Origin: Nitrospiria bacterium
Lineage (GTDB): Bacteria > Nitrospirota > Nitrospiria > JACQBZ01
DNA length: 64,000 bases
Reading direction: 5' to 3'
Assembly (NCBI GenBank): GCA_035517655.1
Contig: DATIYJ010000044.1
Location: 4,215 to 68,214, forward strand
A model generated the notes under the pieces. That model searched no databases, was not told the origin of the DNA, and was given only the letters and a program-made list of their open reading frames with translations. This document shows positions 49,054 through 60,157 of this stretch, in pieces. Position numbers and translations under genes: made by a program. Position 1 is the first letter of the stretch. Every line of letters begins with the position of its first letter.

Positions 49054-49497
49054 CTATGCGTCGTATTTTCCAAAGTCCTCCGGACGAAGATTGTCCAACC
49101 AGCGATCGATTTCTTCCGTGCTGTGCCTCTGAATGACGGTGTCGGTTGCAAAAATGGGGGCGTCCACCCGGAGGGCCAGAGCGATGGCATCGCTGGGACG
49201 GGAATCGATCGTGTATTCAGAATCCCCGTAATAAACATGAATCTTGGCGAAATACGTATTGTCTTTAAGATCCGTTATGACAACGCTGATCACTTTGGCA
49301 TCGCTGTTTTCCAAAATGTTTTTGATCAGATCATGCGTCATGGGACGGGGGGTAAAAACGCCTTCCAACGCGAAACTGATCGCACCGGCTTCCGGCTTTC
49401 CGATCCAGATCGGCAAAACTTCCTTTTCCTGCTCGTCGCGTAGAATAATAATGAACGCGTTATTGAACGGGTCGTACATCAACCCCCTGACTTTCAT
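49054..49497 (-). CDS. DUF151 bifunctional nuclease (BFN) family protein, paralog 2
   Basis: About 50% identical to paralog 1 (EVLPIWIGKPEAG...RPMTHDLIKNIL...DSRPSDAIALALR). Start chosen at an internal Met. Confidence 0.7.
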   Translation of the reverse strand: MKVRGLMYDPFNNAFIIILRDEQEKEVLPIWIGKPEAGAISFALEGVFTPRPMTHDLIKNILENSDAKVISVVITDLKDNTYFAKIHVYYGDSEYTIDSRPSDAIALALRVDAPIFATDTVIQRHSTEEIDRWLDNLRPEDFGKYDA

Positions 49498-49711
49498 TTG
49501 AAGCACGGCGCGCCTCGTGAATCCGTTTATTCCGTGAAACCCATGCCGAATTGGCTCTCGGCGAAACACCATAGCTTATCGAAAATATAATATATAATAA
49601 TAGCGGGGTTATTTCAATACGTTTTTTTGCCAGTTTCAGGCCGAACAATTCCCTCTCTTTTTCATGAATTATCCAAGAGTTGTGATTTAACCGCGGGGCG
49701 ACTTAACGTCC

Positions 49712-49741
49712 TTGACATAGACTTTTTTAAACAGCTATAAT
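49712..49741 (+). promoter_or_regulatory. Consensus-like sigma70 promoter TTGACA-N18-TATAAT for the hem operon
   Basis: -35 at 49712-49717, -10 at 49736-49741, in an AT-rich intergenic island. Confidence 0.45.
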
Positions 49742-49751
49742 CATTCCCTAT

Positions 49752-50576
49752 GTGAGGTTAATGATGAATGTTCTTTTTTTCCAAATCACGCTGGGCTGCT
49801 ATTTTTTCGGCACCGTGACTTTTCTCGTTTATTTACTCGCCGGCAAAAAGGAATCGTTTTCCCGGTTTTCACTGGTCTTCACCGGAATTGGTTTCGGATT
49901 CCACACCGTTACCCTGTTAAACAGGATGATGGAGGCCGGTTACGTATCGCTGACCCGTCTTTTTGATGCGATGGCCTTTTTCGCCTGGGCGCTGGTCCTC
50001 GTTTTTCTACTCGTCGAGGTCCGCTTTCGCATTCACATTCTGGGTTCTTTTGTCCTGCCGTTGGCGCTGATCTCGCTGTTGTCGGGCGCCGTGCTTCCAA
50101 CAGAATTGCGGCCTCCGGATACCGCGATGCGCACGGCATGGGTCTATACCCACACCGCGCTGTCCCTTTTGGGCGCCGTGGCCTTCGCCATCGCCTTTTT
50201 AGTCGGTGTCATGTATCTCATCCAAGAACGATTGCTCAAATCGAAGCAGTTCAACAATCTTTACAACAAACTTCCGTCGCTGGATTTCCTGGATGATTTG
50301 AACCACAAAGCCGTCATTTTGGGTTTCGGCCTTCTCACCTTGGGAATCATCATCGGCGCATGGGGGGCGGGCTACGTCTCGAACTGGTACTGGGACCCAC
50401 GTGAGATTTTCACTTTGGCGATCTGGTTGTTTTACCTGATCGTTCTGCACGGACGAATCACGGTCGGATGGCGGGCTAAGAAAGCCGCCTATCTGGCCAT
50501 CATCGGTTTCGTCGGAGTGGTCTTCTCGTTTGTGGGTGTTGACCTGGTTTGGAAAGGGCAGCACGCCTTCATCTAA
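49752..50576 (+). CDS. CcsA/HemX-like cytochrome c assembly family membrane protein upstream of hemA
   Basis: Polytopic protein with a Trp-rich WGAGYVSNWYWDPRE motif. Sits where hemX does in hemAXCDB-type operons. Confidence 0.7.
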   Translation: MRLMMNVLFFQITLGCYFFGTVTFLVYLLAGKKESFSRFSLVFTGIGFGFHTVTLLNRMMEAGYVSLTRLFDAMAFFAWALVLVFLLVEVRFRIHILGSFVLPLALISLLSGAVLPTELRPPDTAMRTAWVYTHTALSLLGAVAFAIAFLVGVMYLIQERLLKSKQFNNLYNKLPSLDFLDDLNHKAVILGFGLLTLGIIIGAWGAGYVSNWYWDPREIFTLAIWLFYLIVLHGRITVGWRAKKAAYLAIIGFVGVVFSFVGVDLVWKGQHAFI

Positions 50577-50675
50577 TCATGACCTAGATCCTTGGCCAAT
50601 ACCTCTTAGCGTGTCTACGCAGCGATCCATGCGAGCGAGAAGAGGACTCCAAAGGCCAAACCTTTGGAGGGGGCG

Positions 50676-52040
50676 ATGCAGGCCCTCGTTATGGAGTCAT
50701 CGTTGGACATTATTGTTGTCGGATTAAACCACAAAACCGCACCGATCGAAATCCGCGAAAAGTTCTCGATTTCCGATGCTCAGCTCCGAGAAGCCCTGAT
50801 CCGGCTTAAATCCTATCATGGAATCGATGAGGGATTGATTCTTTCGACGTGTAACCGGGTGGAGGTCTGCGCGGTGGTCCAGCAGATTCAGACCGGTTTC
50901 CAGCGGATCAAAGAGTTCTTTGAAGACTACCATGCCGATCTGTCTCCCGAGCAATGGAACGCCAGCCTCTACCTGTATTCGGCCGACGAAGCCATCCGTC
51001 ACATCTTTCGCGTCGCCTCCAGCCTGGATTCGATGGTGATCGGAGAACCGCAAATTCTGGGACAGTTGAAAGACGCCTTCGATATTGCCCTGCACCAAAA
51101 GGCCACGGGCGTGATCCTTAACAAAGTTTTTCGAAAGGCGATCTCGGTGGCCAAGCGGGTTCGCACTGAAACCAAAATCGCGGAGAACGCGGTCTCGATC
51201 AGTTTCGCCGCCGTGGAACTGGCCAAGAAGGTCTTCGGGCGACTGGAAGGAAAGGAAGCTCTGCTCATGGGGGCCGGAGAAATGGCGGAACTGGCCGTGC
51301 GCCATCTTGTGGACAACGGCGTTGGGAAGGTCATGATCACCACGCGCAATTTCGACAATGCCATCGAGTTGGCGAAACGGTTCGACGGGATCCCCCTCCG
51401 GATCGAAGAGTTCCCCCGGTATTTGGCCGAGGCCGATATCCTGATCTGTTCCACGGGGGCATCGCAATACGTTATTTCCGAAGAACACATCGACAAGGCC
51501 ATCCAACGTCGCAAAAACCGCCCCATTTTCCTGATCGACATCTCCGTTCCCCGAAACATCGACCCGAACGTGAATCGGATTGACAACGTTTTTCTGTACG
51601 ACATCGACGACCTCCAGTTGATCGTGGACGCCAACCTGGAAGGCCGGCAAAAAGAGGCCTTGAGGGCGGAAGGAATCGTTTCTGAAGAATTGCAGGCGAT
51701 CAACAAATGGCTTAAATCGCTGGAGGTGATTCCGACGATCACGGCCCTCCGCGAAAAGGCCGAGGAGATTCGTCGACTGGAAGCGAACAAATTCATCTCA
51801 AAGCTGGGCAGCCTTTCTCCCGAACAACGGGAAGCGGTTGATGGTTTGGTCGCCTCCATTATCAACAAACTCCTTCATTCTCCGCTTGTGGCCTTAAAAG
51901 ACGAAGCCCGTTCAAAAAACGGCGCTCAGTACGTTGAAGCCGTCCGCCGGTTATTCAATCTGGATAAAGATCTTCACCGCCACCCCCAGCCCGCAGCCCC
52001 CGATAAAGACGACTCGGGCGAAGACGCATCAACGGAATAA
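50676..52040 (+). CDS. hemA: Glutamyl-tRNA reductase
   Basis: IIVVGLNHKTAPIEIREKF, with catalytic Cys in STCNRVE. Start at the ATG preceded by GGAGGGGG; the ORF-track TTG is 12 nt upstream. Confidence 0.85.
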   Translation: MQALVMESSLDIIVVGLNHKTAPIEIREKFSISDAQLREALIRLKSYHGIDEGLILSTCNRVEVCAVVQQIQTGFQRIKEFFEDYHADLSPEQWNASLYLYSADEAIRHIFRVASSLDSMVIGEPQILGQLKDAFDIALHQKATGVILNKVFRKAISVAKRVRTETKIAENAVSISFAAVELAKKVFGRLEGKEALLMGAGEMAELAVRHLVDNGVGKVMITTRNFDNAIELAKRFDGIPLRIEEFPRYLAEADILICSTGASQYVISEEHIDKAIQRRKNRPIFLIDISVPRNIDPNVNRIDNVFLYDIDDLQLIVDANLEGRQKEALRAEGIVSEELQAINKWLKSLEVIPTITALREKAEEIRRLEANKFISKLGSLSPEQREAVDGLVASIINKLLHSPLVALKDEARSKNGAQYVEAVRRLFNLDKDLHRHPQPAAPDKDDSGEDASTE

Positions 52041-52122
52041 TGATGTGACCAGCATCCCGGGCCCGAAACGAAACAGAAAATCGAAGGGCCGCCGGATGAA
52101 GAAAAGGGCGTGAAATCAGTCT

Positions 52123-53049
52123 ATGTCGCAGAAACTCATCATCGGCACGCGGGGAAGCACTCTGGCCCTCTGCCAAGCGAGCTTGATCAAAGAAGAGATC
52201 GAAGCGGCCTTCCCCGATCTGGACGTGCGACTAAAAAAAATCAAGACGACCGGAGATAAAATTACGGATGTTCCCTTGGCCAGGGTGGGTGGAAAAGGTC
52301 TGTTTGTAAAAGAAATCGAGGAAGCCTTGTTCCACGAAGAGATCAGTTTGGCCGTCCACAGCATGAAGGATGTTCCCGCCGTCCTCCCGGAAGGACTCCA
52401 TCTGGCCGCGATCACCCGTCGTGAAGATCCGCGAGACGTGGTCATCGCTCGAAGCGGGAAACGTCTAATGGATCTGCCGCGCAGGGCTCGAATCGGCACC
52501 AGCAGCCTTCGCCGACAATCCCAAATCCGCCATCTCCGTCCGGATTTCGAGATCGTTCCGCTGCGGGGCAATCTTGACACGCGCATTAAAAAGATCGAGA
52601 AGGAAGGATTGGACGCGGTCGTTTTAGCAGCGGCCGGGATCCGTCGTATGGGATGGGAAGACCGGATCACGGAATATCTCGACCCCGAACTCTGCGTGCC
52701 GGCCATCGGCCAGGGGGCATTGGGGTTGGAATGCCGGGTTTCGGACAAAGACGTAAATCCGATGCTGGTCCGATTCAACCATGCGATCACCAGCCGGTGC
52801 GTACGCGCCGAACGGGCTTTCTCAAAACGGCTGGAAGGCGGCTGCCAAGTTCCGATCGCCGCCTATGCCCAGATCCGAGACGAGGAACGTATGGTCCTGG
52901 AAGGCCTGGTGGCCAGCGTGGATGGAAATCGGGTGATTCGTGACGGGATCGCCGGCGACCCCGAACAGCCGGAGATGTTGGGCCTCGATCTTGCGGAACG
53001 GCTTCTGGCGCAAGGTGCGGATGCCATCTTACGGGAAATTTACCAATGA
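52123..53049 (+). CDS. hemC: Hydroxymethylbilane synthase (porphobilinogen deaminase)
   Basis: IGTRGSTLALCQ... The cofactor-binding Cys region is present. Confidence 0.9.
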   Translation: MSQKLIIGTRGSTLALCQASLIKEEIEAAFPDLDVRLKKIKTTGDKITDVPLARVGGKGLFVKEIEEALFHEEISLAVHSMKDVPAVLPEGLHLAAITRREDPRDVVIARSGKRLMDLPRRARIGTSSLRRQSQIRHLRPDFEIVPLRGNLDTRIKKIEKEGLDAVVLAAAGIRRMGWEDRITEYLDPELCVPAIGQGALGLECRVSDKDVNPMLVRFNHAITSRCVRAERAFSKRLEGGCQVPIAAYAQIRDEERMVLEGLVASVDGNRVIRDGIAGDPEQPEMLGLDLAERLLAQGADAILREIYQ

Positions 53050-53053
53050 ACCC

Positions 53054-54592
53054 ATGCGGCCCATTAAACAAACGGGAAGAATCTATCTGATCGGTGCCGG
53101 ACCCGGCGATCCGGGCCTTTTAACGATCAAAGGCAAGGCCTGCATCGAACAGGCGGATGTGATCGTCTACGATTACCTGGCCAACGAGGAATTTCTTCGA
53201 TACGCCCGACCTCAGGCCGAACGAATTTTCGCGGGCAAAAAAGGCGGAGAGACCCATCTCGGGCAGGGAGACATAAATCGCCTGCTCATCGAAAAAGCGC
53301 GGCGAGGGAAGATCGTGGTCAGACTCAAGGGGGGCGACCCCTTTATTTTCGGTCGAGGAGGAGAAGAAGCCGCCGCCGCAGCCGCCGCCGGGATTCCGTT
53401 TGAAATTGTTCCCGGCGTAACGGCAGCCGTCGGCGTGCCGGCGTACGCCGGCATTCCTCTGACTCATCGGGATGTCGCCTCCCTCGTCACGTTTGTGACC
53501 GGGCATGAAGATCCGGACAAACGGGACGGCTATGTGCCGTGGAACCAACTTCCCGACCGGGGAACACTGGTTTTTTTTATGGGCCTGAGCAACCTGGCCG
53601 AGATCGCGCGGCAACTGATTCAACACGGCCGAACGCCCCAGACACCGGTGGCGGTCGTTCGCTGGGGAACGAAGCCGGAACAGCGAACCGTGGTCGGAGT
53701 GCTGGAAAATATCGTCGAGAAAGTTCAGACCGAAGCGCTCAGGCCGCCGGGGCTGATTATCGTGGGGGAGGTGGTAAAATTGCGGGAGCAACTCAATTGG
53801 TTTGAAGGCCGGCCGTTATTCGGGAAGCGAATATTGGTGACCCGGGCAAGGGATCAAGCGACCGAGTTTACCGATCTCCTCAAACTCTATGGAGCCGATC
53901 CCGTCGAATTTCCCACCATCGAGATTGTTCCTCCCGAGTCGTGGGAAGCCTTGGACGGCGCGATCCGCGACATCGAGGGATACCACTGGGTGATCTTCAC
54001 GAGCGTCAACGGAGTCCTGTACTTTCTGGAACGACTCCGGAACGGCGGCAAGGACGTCCGCGCGTTGAAGGGAATCAAACTCTGCGCCATCGGTCCCCGA
54101 ACCGCCCAGGAGATCGAGCGCATGGGAATACGCGTGGACTTGATGCCGGACGACTACGTCGCCGAGGCCTTGATCGAGCAGATGGGCCGGAAGGACTTGA
54201 GGGACCAACGGATCCTAATTCCGAGAGCCGAAGTGGCCCGCGACGTCCTGCCGGACGCCTTGACCCGGATGGGCGCCCGCGTGGATGTGGTGACGGCCTA
54301 TCGCACCGTGCGCCCGACCCGCGACCTGGCCTGGGTCAAAAATCTTTTGCAAGGCCGTCAGATTTCTGTTATAACATTTACCAGCTCGTCCACCGTCAGA
54401 AATTTTGTCGAGATGTTCGAGCCGGGAGAGGCTCGGCGACTCTTAAACAGCGCGGTGGTGGCCTGCATCGGGCCGATCACAGCTAAAACGGCCGAAGAGC
54501 ATGGATTGTCCGTGCATATTTTACCCAAAGATTCCACCATTCCCTCTCTGGCGCAGGCAATCGTGGAACATTTTACAGTTCAACCGACCTGA
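53054..54592 (+). CDS. Uroporphyrinogen-III C-methyltransferase / uroporphyrinogen-III synthase fusion
   Basis: N-terminal SUMT ([15 protein letters not shown]) plus a C-terminal HemD domain. Start at an internal ATG 5 nt after the hemC stop. Confidence 0.85.
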   Translation: MRPIKQTGRIYLIGAGPGDPGLLTIKGKACIEQADVIVYDYLANEEFLRYARPQAERIFAGKKGGETHLGQGDINRLLIEKARRGKIVVRLKGGDPFIFGRGGEEAAAAAAAGIPFEIVPGVTAAVGVPAYAGIPLTHRDVASLVTFVTGHEDPDKRDGYVPWNQLPDRGTLVFFMGLSNLAEIARQLIQHGRTPQTPVAVVRWGTKPEQRTVVGVLENIVEKVQTEALRPPGLIIVGEVVKLREQLNWFEGRPLFGKRILVTRARDQATEFTDLLKLYGADPVEFPTIEIVPPESWEALDGAIRDIEGYHWVIFTSVNGVLYFLERLRNGGKDVRALKGIKLCAIGPRTAQEIERMGIRVDLMPDDYVAEALIEQMGRKDLRDQRILIPRAEVARDVLPDALTRMGARVDVVTAYRTVRPTRDLAWVKNLLQGRQISVITFTSSSTVRNFVEMFEPGEARRLLNSAVVACIGPITAKTAEEHGLSVHILPKDSTIPSLAQAIVEHFTVQPT

Positions 54593-54609
54593 TAAGGCCT
54601 CAAGAAGCG

Positions 54610-55584
54610 ATGTCGTTCCCCCAATCACGTCCGCGAAGACTCCGACAATCCCCCCTCCTCCGGAAAATGGTCCAGGAAACGGCGCTTTCCGTCGGAAATT
54701 TCATCTATCCCTTATTCGTCACCCACGGGAAAGGGGTTCGCAAAGAGATCACCTCGATGCCGAACACGTATCAGCTTTCGATCGATTATCTGGTCAAAGA
54801 GGCCCAGGAAGCTCGGCGCCTGGGGATCCCGGCCGTCCTATTATTCGGCATTCCCCGAAAAAAGGATAAAAAAGGGTCGGAGGCTTATGCTCCGACCGGC
54901 ATCGTCCAGCAGGCCGTGAAAGCCGTCAAAGATCGTGTGCCGGACCTCGTCGTGATCACGGATGTCTGTCTTTGCGAGTATACCAGCCATGGCCATTGCG
55001 GCATCGTGAAAGAGGGTCGCGTCCTGAATGATCCGACACTGGAATTGTTGGCCCGCGAAGCCGTTTCCCACGCCGAGGCCGGAGCGGATCTGGTCGCGCC
55101 TTCCGACATGATGGACGGTCGGGTCAAGGCGATCCGCACAGCCTTGGACCAAGCAGGCTTTGAGATGACGCCGATCTTGTCGTATGCGGCCAAATACGCC
55201 TCGGCCTTCTACGGACCGTTCCGCGAAGCCGCCGAATCGACCCCTCAATTCGGGGACCGCAAATCGTATCAAATGGATCCGCCCAACGTGCGCGAGGCTC
55301 TGCGGGAAGTCTCGATGGACATCGAGGAAGGCGCCGACATCGTCATGGTCAAACCGGCGCTCCCTTACCTCGATGTGATCTATCGTGTCCGGAGCGCCTT
55401 CAATGTTCCAGTGGCCGCCTACCACGTCAGCGGAGAGTATGCGATGCTCAAAGCGGCCGCTCGATTAAAGTGGCTGGATGAGGATCGGGTTATGCTTGAA
55501 ACGCTCACCTCGATCCGACGGGCGGGCGCGGACCTGATTCTGACCTACTACGCCAAAGATGCGGCCCGGCTTCTACGGTCCTGA
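54610..55584 (+). CDS. hemB: Porphobilinogen synthase (ALA dehydratase)
   Basis: RPRRLR N-terminus. Active-site Lys regions. Cys-rich metal site [14 protein letters not shown]. Confidence 0.9.
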   Translation: MSFPQSRPRRLRQSPLLRKMVQETALSVGNFIYPLFVTHGKGVRKEITSMPNTYQLSIDYLVKEAQEARRLGIPAVLLFGIPRKKDKKGSEAYAPTGIVQQAVKAVKDRVPDLVVITDVCLCEYTSHGHCGIVKEGRVLNDPTLELLAREAVSHAEAGADLVAPSDMMDGRVKAIRTALDQAGFEMTPILSYAAKYASAFYGPFREAAESTPQFGDRKSYQMDPPNVREALREVSMDIEEGADIVMVKPALPYLDVIYRVRSAFNVPVAAYHVSGEYAMLKAAARLKWLDEDRVMLETLTSIRRAGADLILTYYAKDAARLLRS

Positions 55585-55601
55585 GAGGACGATGCGTATT
55601 C

Positions 55602-56540
55602 GTGGAGATTATTCGGAATCACACCAGTCAAGGTCGGAAGGCGACTTTCGCGGTCGTGGCCATCGGCAATTTCGACGGAGTTCATCGGGGCCACCAGGCC
55701 ATTCTCAGCCGGACGGTTGATCGGGCCAAGGCCGCCGGAGGAACGGGTATTGTATTGACCTTCGACCCGCATCCCCTGAAGGTGCTGGCCCCCACACTGG
55801 ATCTGAAGTTTTTAATGACCTTCGGGGAGCGGCTGCATTGGATCGAAATGATTGGAATTCAACAGGTCAGGGTGGTGTCCTTCACACATGCTTTCGCCAA
55901 CCTGACGCCGGCCCAATTTGCTCAAAACGTTCTCCGGGACGACTTGGGGGCGGAAGAGATATTTGTGGGTTCACGGTTCGCGTTCGGCAAAGACCGGAAG
56001 GGAACGGTCAGTGATCTTGCGTCGCTGGGGAATGACTTGGGATTTCAAGTGCACCCCGTGGAGGCGGTGTCTGTCGCAGGGTCTCCGGTCAGTTCGTCCC
56101 GCATCCGTCAATGCCTGCTGGACGGCCGGGTCTCCGCTGCACGGGAACTCCTGGGACGTGCTTACTGTCTCGAAGGTCGAATCATCCCCGGCGCCCGACG
56201 GGGACGCACCCTGGGATACCCGACCGCGAATTTTCGGCCTCCGGGCGAGTTGGTCATTCCGTGCAACGGGATTTACGCGGTGCAGGCCGAAATCAACGGC
56301 CGGATATTCAACGGCGTGACCTATATCGGGACGCAACCCACTCTGGGGTCTAAGGAGCGGATGGTGGAGACCCATCTATTCGAGTCCCAGCCGGATTTAT
56401 ACGATCAGCACCTCCGGGTAAGTTTTGTAGAATGGATTCGACCCGAACAAACATTCCAGGACCAGAGGGCATTGGTCCGTCATATGGAAGAAGATATTCA
56501 CAAAGCCAAGGCGATCTTGGCGGCCACTCCGGTGTTTTAA
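55602..56540 (+). CDS. ribF: Bifunctional riboflavin kinase / FMN adenylyltransferase
   Basis: VAIGNFDGVHRGHQ FAD-synthetase motif. C-terminal riboflavin kinase domain. GTG start. Confidence 0.85.
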   Translation: MEIIRNHTSQGRKATFAVVAIGNFDGVHRGHQAILSRTVDRAKAAGGTGIVLTFDPHPLKVLAPTLDLKFLMTFGERLHWIEMIGIQQVRVVSFTHAFANLTPAQFAQNVLRDDLGAEEIFVGSRFAFGKDRKGTVSDLASLGNDLGFQVHPVEAVSVAGSPVSSSRIRQCLLDGRVSAARELLGRAYCLEGRIIPGARRGRTLGYPTANFRPPGELVIPCNGIYAVQAEINGRIFNGVTYIGTQPTLGSKERMVETHLFESQPDLYDQHLRVSFVEWIRPEQTFQDQRALVRHMEEDIHKAKAILAATPVF

Positions 56541-56555
56541 AGTCTCTCGCTCGCC

Positions 56556-56702
56556 GGCGAGCGAGAGGGGAGGCTCCATCCGGCCAGGCCGGTGGAGAGC
56601 GAGGATCAGGCTTCGCCTGTCCGGGCTCGGGGTCTGGGGGCATCGGAGGAGCGACAGCACCGCACAGGGCCCCCAGAAAAGATTATTGGCGACGTGAGCC
56701 CC
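56556..56702 (+). repeat. Two-block conserved leader motif (copy B) upstream of hpt
   Basis: Block 1 at 56556-56597 differs from copy A by one indel and one substitution. Block 2 at 56688-56702 (GGCGACGTGAGCCCC) sits about 25 nt before the hpt ATG. An upstream perfect palindrome CTCGCTCGCCGGCGAGCGAG overlaps block 1. Confidence 0.5.
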
Positions 56703-56726
56703 TTTTAATAATAGAAAGGACCATGG

Positions 56727-57290
56727 ATGGAGCGAATCTTCGGCCGGCCGATCATTACACAGGATGAAATGCAGAAACGAATCCGGGAACTGGGCAACCA
56801 GATCACCCTTGATTATGCCGACAAAAACCTGCTCATGGTGGGCGTACTCAAAGGGGCCTTCGCCTTCTACGCGGATCTCGTCAGGGCCATCCGTCTTCTG
56901 CTCCGCGTTGACTTCATCGTAGTGACCACCCGGCCCACCCAAAAGCGGTCGGTCGCGGGTAAAATCAAGATTCTTTCGGATACGGCCGAAGAGGTGACCG
57001 GACAGGATGTCCTTCTCGTGGAAGACATCGTCGATTCTGGAATGACGGTGAGTTTCTTGAAGAAGCAGCTGCTGGCCCGGAAACCCAAGTCGCTTAAAGT
57101 TTGCACGCTTTTGGATAAACCGGAGCGCCGCAAGGTTCGGGTTTCAATCGACTACGTGGGCTTCACCATTCCGAACAAATATGTCGTTGGATACGGGTTG
57201 GATTACCAGAACCGTTATCGTAATCTTCCGTACATTGCGGTCATGGACAAGGTCTCGGAAGCTGAGGAGCTTTTCTATTGGCAAGAATAA
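56727..57290 (+). CDS. hpt: Hypoxanthine phosphoribosyltransferase
   Basis: PRPP-binding VLLVEDIVDSGMT. 187 aa. Confidence 0.85.
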   Translation: MERIFGRPIITQDEMQKRIRELGNQITLDYADKNLLMVGVLKGAFAFYADLVRAIRLLLRVDFIVVTTRPTQKRSVAGKIKILSDTAEEVTGQDVLLVEDIVDSGMTVSFLKKQLLARKPKSLKVCTLLDKPERRKVRVSIDYVGFTIPNKYVVGYGLDYQNRYRNLPYIAVMDKVSEAEELFYWQE

Positions 57291-57382
57291 TAAAGCTGTG
57301 TTAAAATGATTTTCATTGTTTCCTCACGTTGCAGCGGAGCAATTGTTCGGAATGCGAACGAGAAGTTAAGGAGGTTTTTGTA

Positions 57383-59179
57383 GTGAGCTCAAGAATGAAA
57401 AATATGGTCTTTTGGCTGCTCGTGGGCCTTTTTATGATCTTGATGTTCCATCTTTTTCAGGCCCCGAGTCAGTCGTTGGAAGAAGAGATTATTTTCAGCG
57501 ATTTCATGACCCGGTTAGACAAGGGAGAAGTCACCGAAGTTACAATCAAACCCAATCAAATCAACGGCGTTTTAAAAGACGGGAATAAATTCAAGACCTA
57601 CACGGTGGAATATCCCGACCTCGTGAAGCTTCTGCGGGATAAGAATGTGAAGATCGTGGCCAGACCGCCGGAAGAGAGTCCATGGTATATCACCTTTCTT
57701 GTGACTTGGGGGCCTTTCGTCCTGTTCCTGGTGCTCTGGTTTTTCCTGATGAGACAAATGCAGATCGGGGGCAATAAAGCTCTTTCTTTTGGAAAAAGCC
57801 GGGCCCGTCTTCTGACCGAAGACCGCAAAAAAGTCACTTTTGCAGACGTCGCCGGAATCGATGAAGCGAAAGAAGAAGTGACGGAGATCATCGAGTTCTT
57901 GAAGGATCCGCCCAAATTCCAGAAATTGGGGGGACGAATTCCCAAAGGGGTACTGATCGTGGGTCCGCCGGGGACGGGCAAGACCCTTCTCGCCAAGGCC
58001 ATCGCCGGTGAGGCGGGAGTACCTTTCTTCTCGATCAGCGGGTCCGATTTTGTCGAGATGTTTGTCGGGGTCGGGGCCTCGCGAGTTCGGGACCTGTTCG
58101 AGCAGGGCAAAAAGAACGCCCCGTGCATCATCTTCATTGATGAAATCGACGCGGTCGGACGACTCCGGGGAGCGGGTCTGGGCGGGGGCCATGATGAACG
58201 CGAGCAGACCCTGAACCAGTTGCTGGTGGAAATGGACGGGTTTGAAACAAGCGAAGGCGTTATTCTGATCGCGGCGACAAACCGACCGGATGTTTTGGAT
58301 CCGGCGCTACTCCGCCCCGGCCGGTTCGACCGCCAGGTTGTGGTATCCCGTCCCGATGTCCGAGGCCGTTTGGATGTGCTTCGGGTCCACACGAAACGCT
58401 TTCCCCTGGGCAAAGACGTTAACCTCGAAGTAATCGCGCGCGGGACCCCCGGTTTTTCCGGCGCGGACCTGGCCAACCTGGTCAACGAAGCCGCGCTTTT
58501 GGCGGCCCGGATGGATAAAAAGGTCGTCGAAATGTCCGATTTCGAGGCGGCCAAGGACAAGGTCCTGATGGGCGTTGAACGAAAAAGCATGGTCCTGAAC
58601 GAGGAAGAGAAGCGCACGACGGCTTATCACGAAGCCGGACATGCCTTGGTCGCCCGAATGATTCCGGGAACGGACCCGGTTCACAAGGTAACCATCATTC
58701 CCCGCGGACGGGCTTTAGGCCTGACGATGCAGTTGCCGACGGACGACCGGTACACATTCCCACGCGAGTTTCTCTACAATAATATCGCCATTCTGATGGG
58801 AGGCCGCGCGGCCGAAGAGATCGTTCTCAATCGCATCACGACCGGTGCCGGCAACGATATCGAACGCGCGACGGACCTGGCCCGAAAGATGATCTGCGAA
58901 TGGGGCATGAGCGATAAGTTGGGCCCCTTGACCTTCGGAAAAAAAGACGAAGAAATCTTCCTCGGTCGCGAGATCGCGACCCGACGCGACTACAGCGAAA
59001 ATACCGCGATCGAGATCGACAACGAGGTCAAGCGGCTGATCATGGACAATTACGAGCGAGCGAAGAACATTTTACGGGAGAACATCAAGGCGCTGCGGGC
59101 CATTGCGGAGGCCCTGCTGGAAAAGGAGGTTTTGGACGCACCCGAGATCGACAAGCTCATCGAAGGGGCTTCCGCATAA
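57383..59179 (+). CDS. ftsH: ATP-dependent zinc metalloprotease FtsH
   Basis: Two TM helices, AAA+ (GPPGTGKT), HEAGH zinc site. GTG start with an AAGGAGG RBS 8 nt upstream. Confidence 0.9.
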   Translation: MSSRMKNMVFWLLVGLFMILMFHLFQAPSQSLEEEIIFSDFMTRLDKGEVTEVTIKPNQINGVLKDGNKFKTYTVEYPDLVKLLRDKNVKIVARPPEESPWYITFLVTWGPFVLFLVLWFFLMRQMQIGGNKALSFGKSRARLLTEDRKKVTFADVAGIDEAKEEVTEIIEFLKDPPKFQKLGGRIPKGVLIVGPPGTGKTLLAKAIAGEAGVPFFSISGSDFVEMFVGVGASRVRDLFEQGKKNAPCIIFIDEIDAVGRLRGAGLGGGHDEREQTLNQLLVEMDGFETSEGVILIAATNRPDVLDPALLRPGRFDRQVVVSRPDVRGRLDVLRVHTKRFPLGKDVNLEVIARGTPGFSGADLANLVNEAALLAARMDKKVVEMSDFEAAKDKVLMGVERKSMVLNEEEKRTTAYHEAGHALVARMIPGTDPVHKVTIIPRGRALGLTMQLPTDDRYTFPREFLYNNIAILMGGRAAEEIVLNRITTGAGNDIERATDLARKMICEWGMSDKLGPLTFGKKDEEIFLGREIATRRDYSENTAIEIDNEVKRLIMDNYERAKNILRENIKALRAIAEALLEKEVLDAPEIDKLIEGASA

Positions 59180-59254
59180 CCGGTATCGCTCCTGCACCCA
59201 AATCTGCCCCGCCTTTTTTTCATCCTCACTTGATCGCTTTCCGCCGGCTTCGGG

Positions 59255-60157
59255 ATGGAGGAGGATGGATTGACGTTACAACCCTTGCAACAATCATCCG
59301 GTAAGAATCCGACGTCGCATCTTCAAGGCCCCGGTCTGGATCTATCTCTCGGACCGCGAACCCTTTTGATGGGCATCCTGAACGTCACCCCAGACTCCTT
59401 TTCCGATGGCGGCCTCTATCTAAAAACGGATGAAGCCGTCCGGCGGGGAGAAACCCTGGCGGACGAGGGCGCCGATCTGATCGACATCGGCGGGGAATCC
59501 TCCCGGCCCGGAGCGGATCCGGCGCCGGTGGAGGAAGAAATCCAGCGCGTGGTGCCGGTGATCGAGCGCCTCGCGAAACGGCTCGCGATCCCGATCTCGA
59601 TCGACACCCGTAAAACCGAGGTGGCCCGGCGGGCTCTCGCGGCCGGGGCCAGGATCGTCAACGACATCAGCGCGCTGCGCTTCGATCCGGAAATGGCCCC
59701 CCTCGTGGCGCAAGAAGGTGTTCCGGTTGTGCTCATGCATATGCAGGGAACGCCGAAAACCATGCAGGCCCGTCCCGTCTATACCGATGTCATCCGTGAG
59801 ATTCGCGATTTTTTTGAAACCCGGATTCAATGGGCCGAACAGTCCGGAATATCTCGAAACAGCATCGTGTTGGATCCGGGCATCGGTTTCGGGAAAACGG
59901 CCGAACACAACCTGGAAATCCTTTCCCGGCTGGGCGAACTCGGGGCGAGCGGCCGACCGCTTCTGATCGGCCCTTCGCGCAAATCATTCATCGGCCGAGT
60001 CCTGGGGCTGCCGGTTGAAGAGCGGCTTGAGGGAACGGCGGCGGCCGTGGCCGTCGGGGTCCTGAACGGGGCTTCCATCGTCCGTGTCCACGACGTCAAA
60101 GCCATGGGGCGCGTGGTTCGAATGGTCGAGGCCATCGAGCGGGTCCGACATGCGTGA
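59255..60157 (+). CDS. folP: Dihydropteroate synthase
   Basis: LDLSLGPRTLLMGILNVTPDSFSDGG. The exact start is uncertain; a TTG alternative is possible. Confidence 0.85.
   Translation: MEEDGLTLQPLQQSSGKNPTSHLQGPGLDLSLGPRTLLMGILNVTPDSFSDGGLYLKTDEAVRRGETLADEGADLIDIGGESSRPGADPAPVEEEIQRVVPVIERLAKRLAIPISIDTRKTEVARRALAAGARIVNDISALRFDPEMAPLVAQEGVPVVLMHMQGTPKTMQARPVYTDVIREIRDFFETRIQWAEQSGISRNSIVLDPGIGFGKTAEHNLEILSRLGELGASGRPLLIGPSRKSFIGRVLGLPVEERLEGTAAAVAVGVLNGASIVRVHDVKAMGRVVRMVEAIERVRHA

Noticed and set aside
50724-51868. 308-aa and 289-aa ORFs on the - strand
   Set aside because: Antisense to hemA.
57598-58617. 339-aa ORF on the - strand
   Set aside because: Antisense to ftsH.
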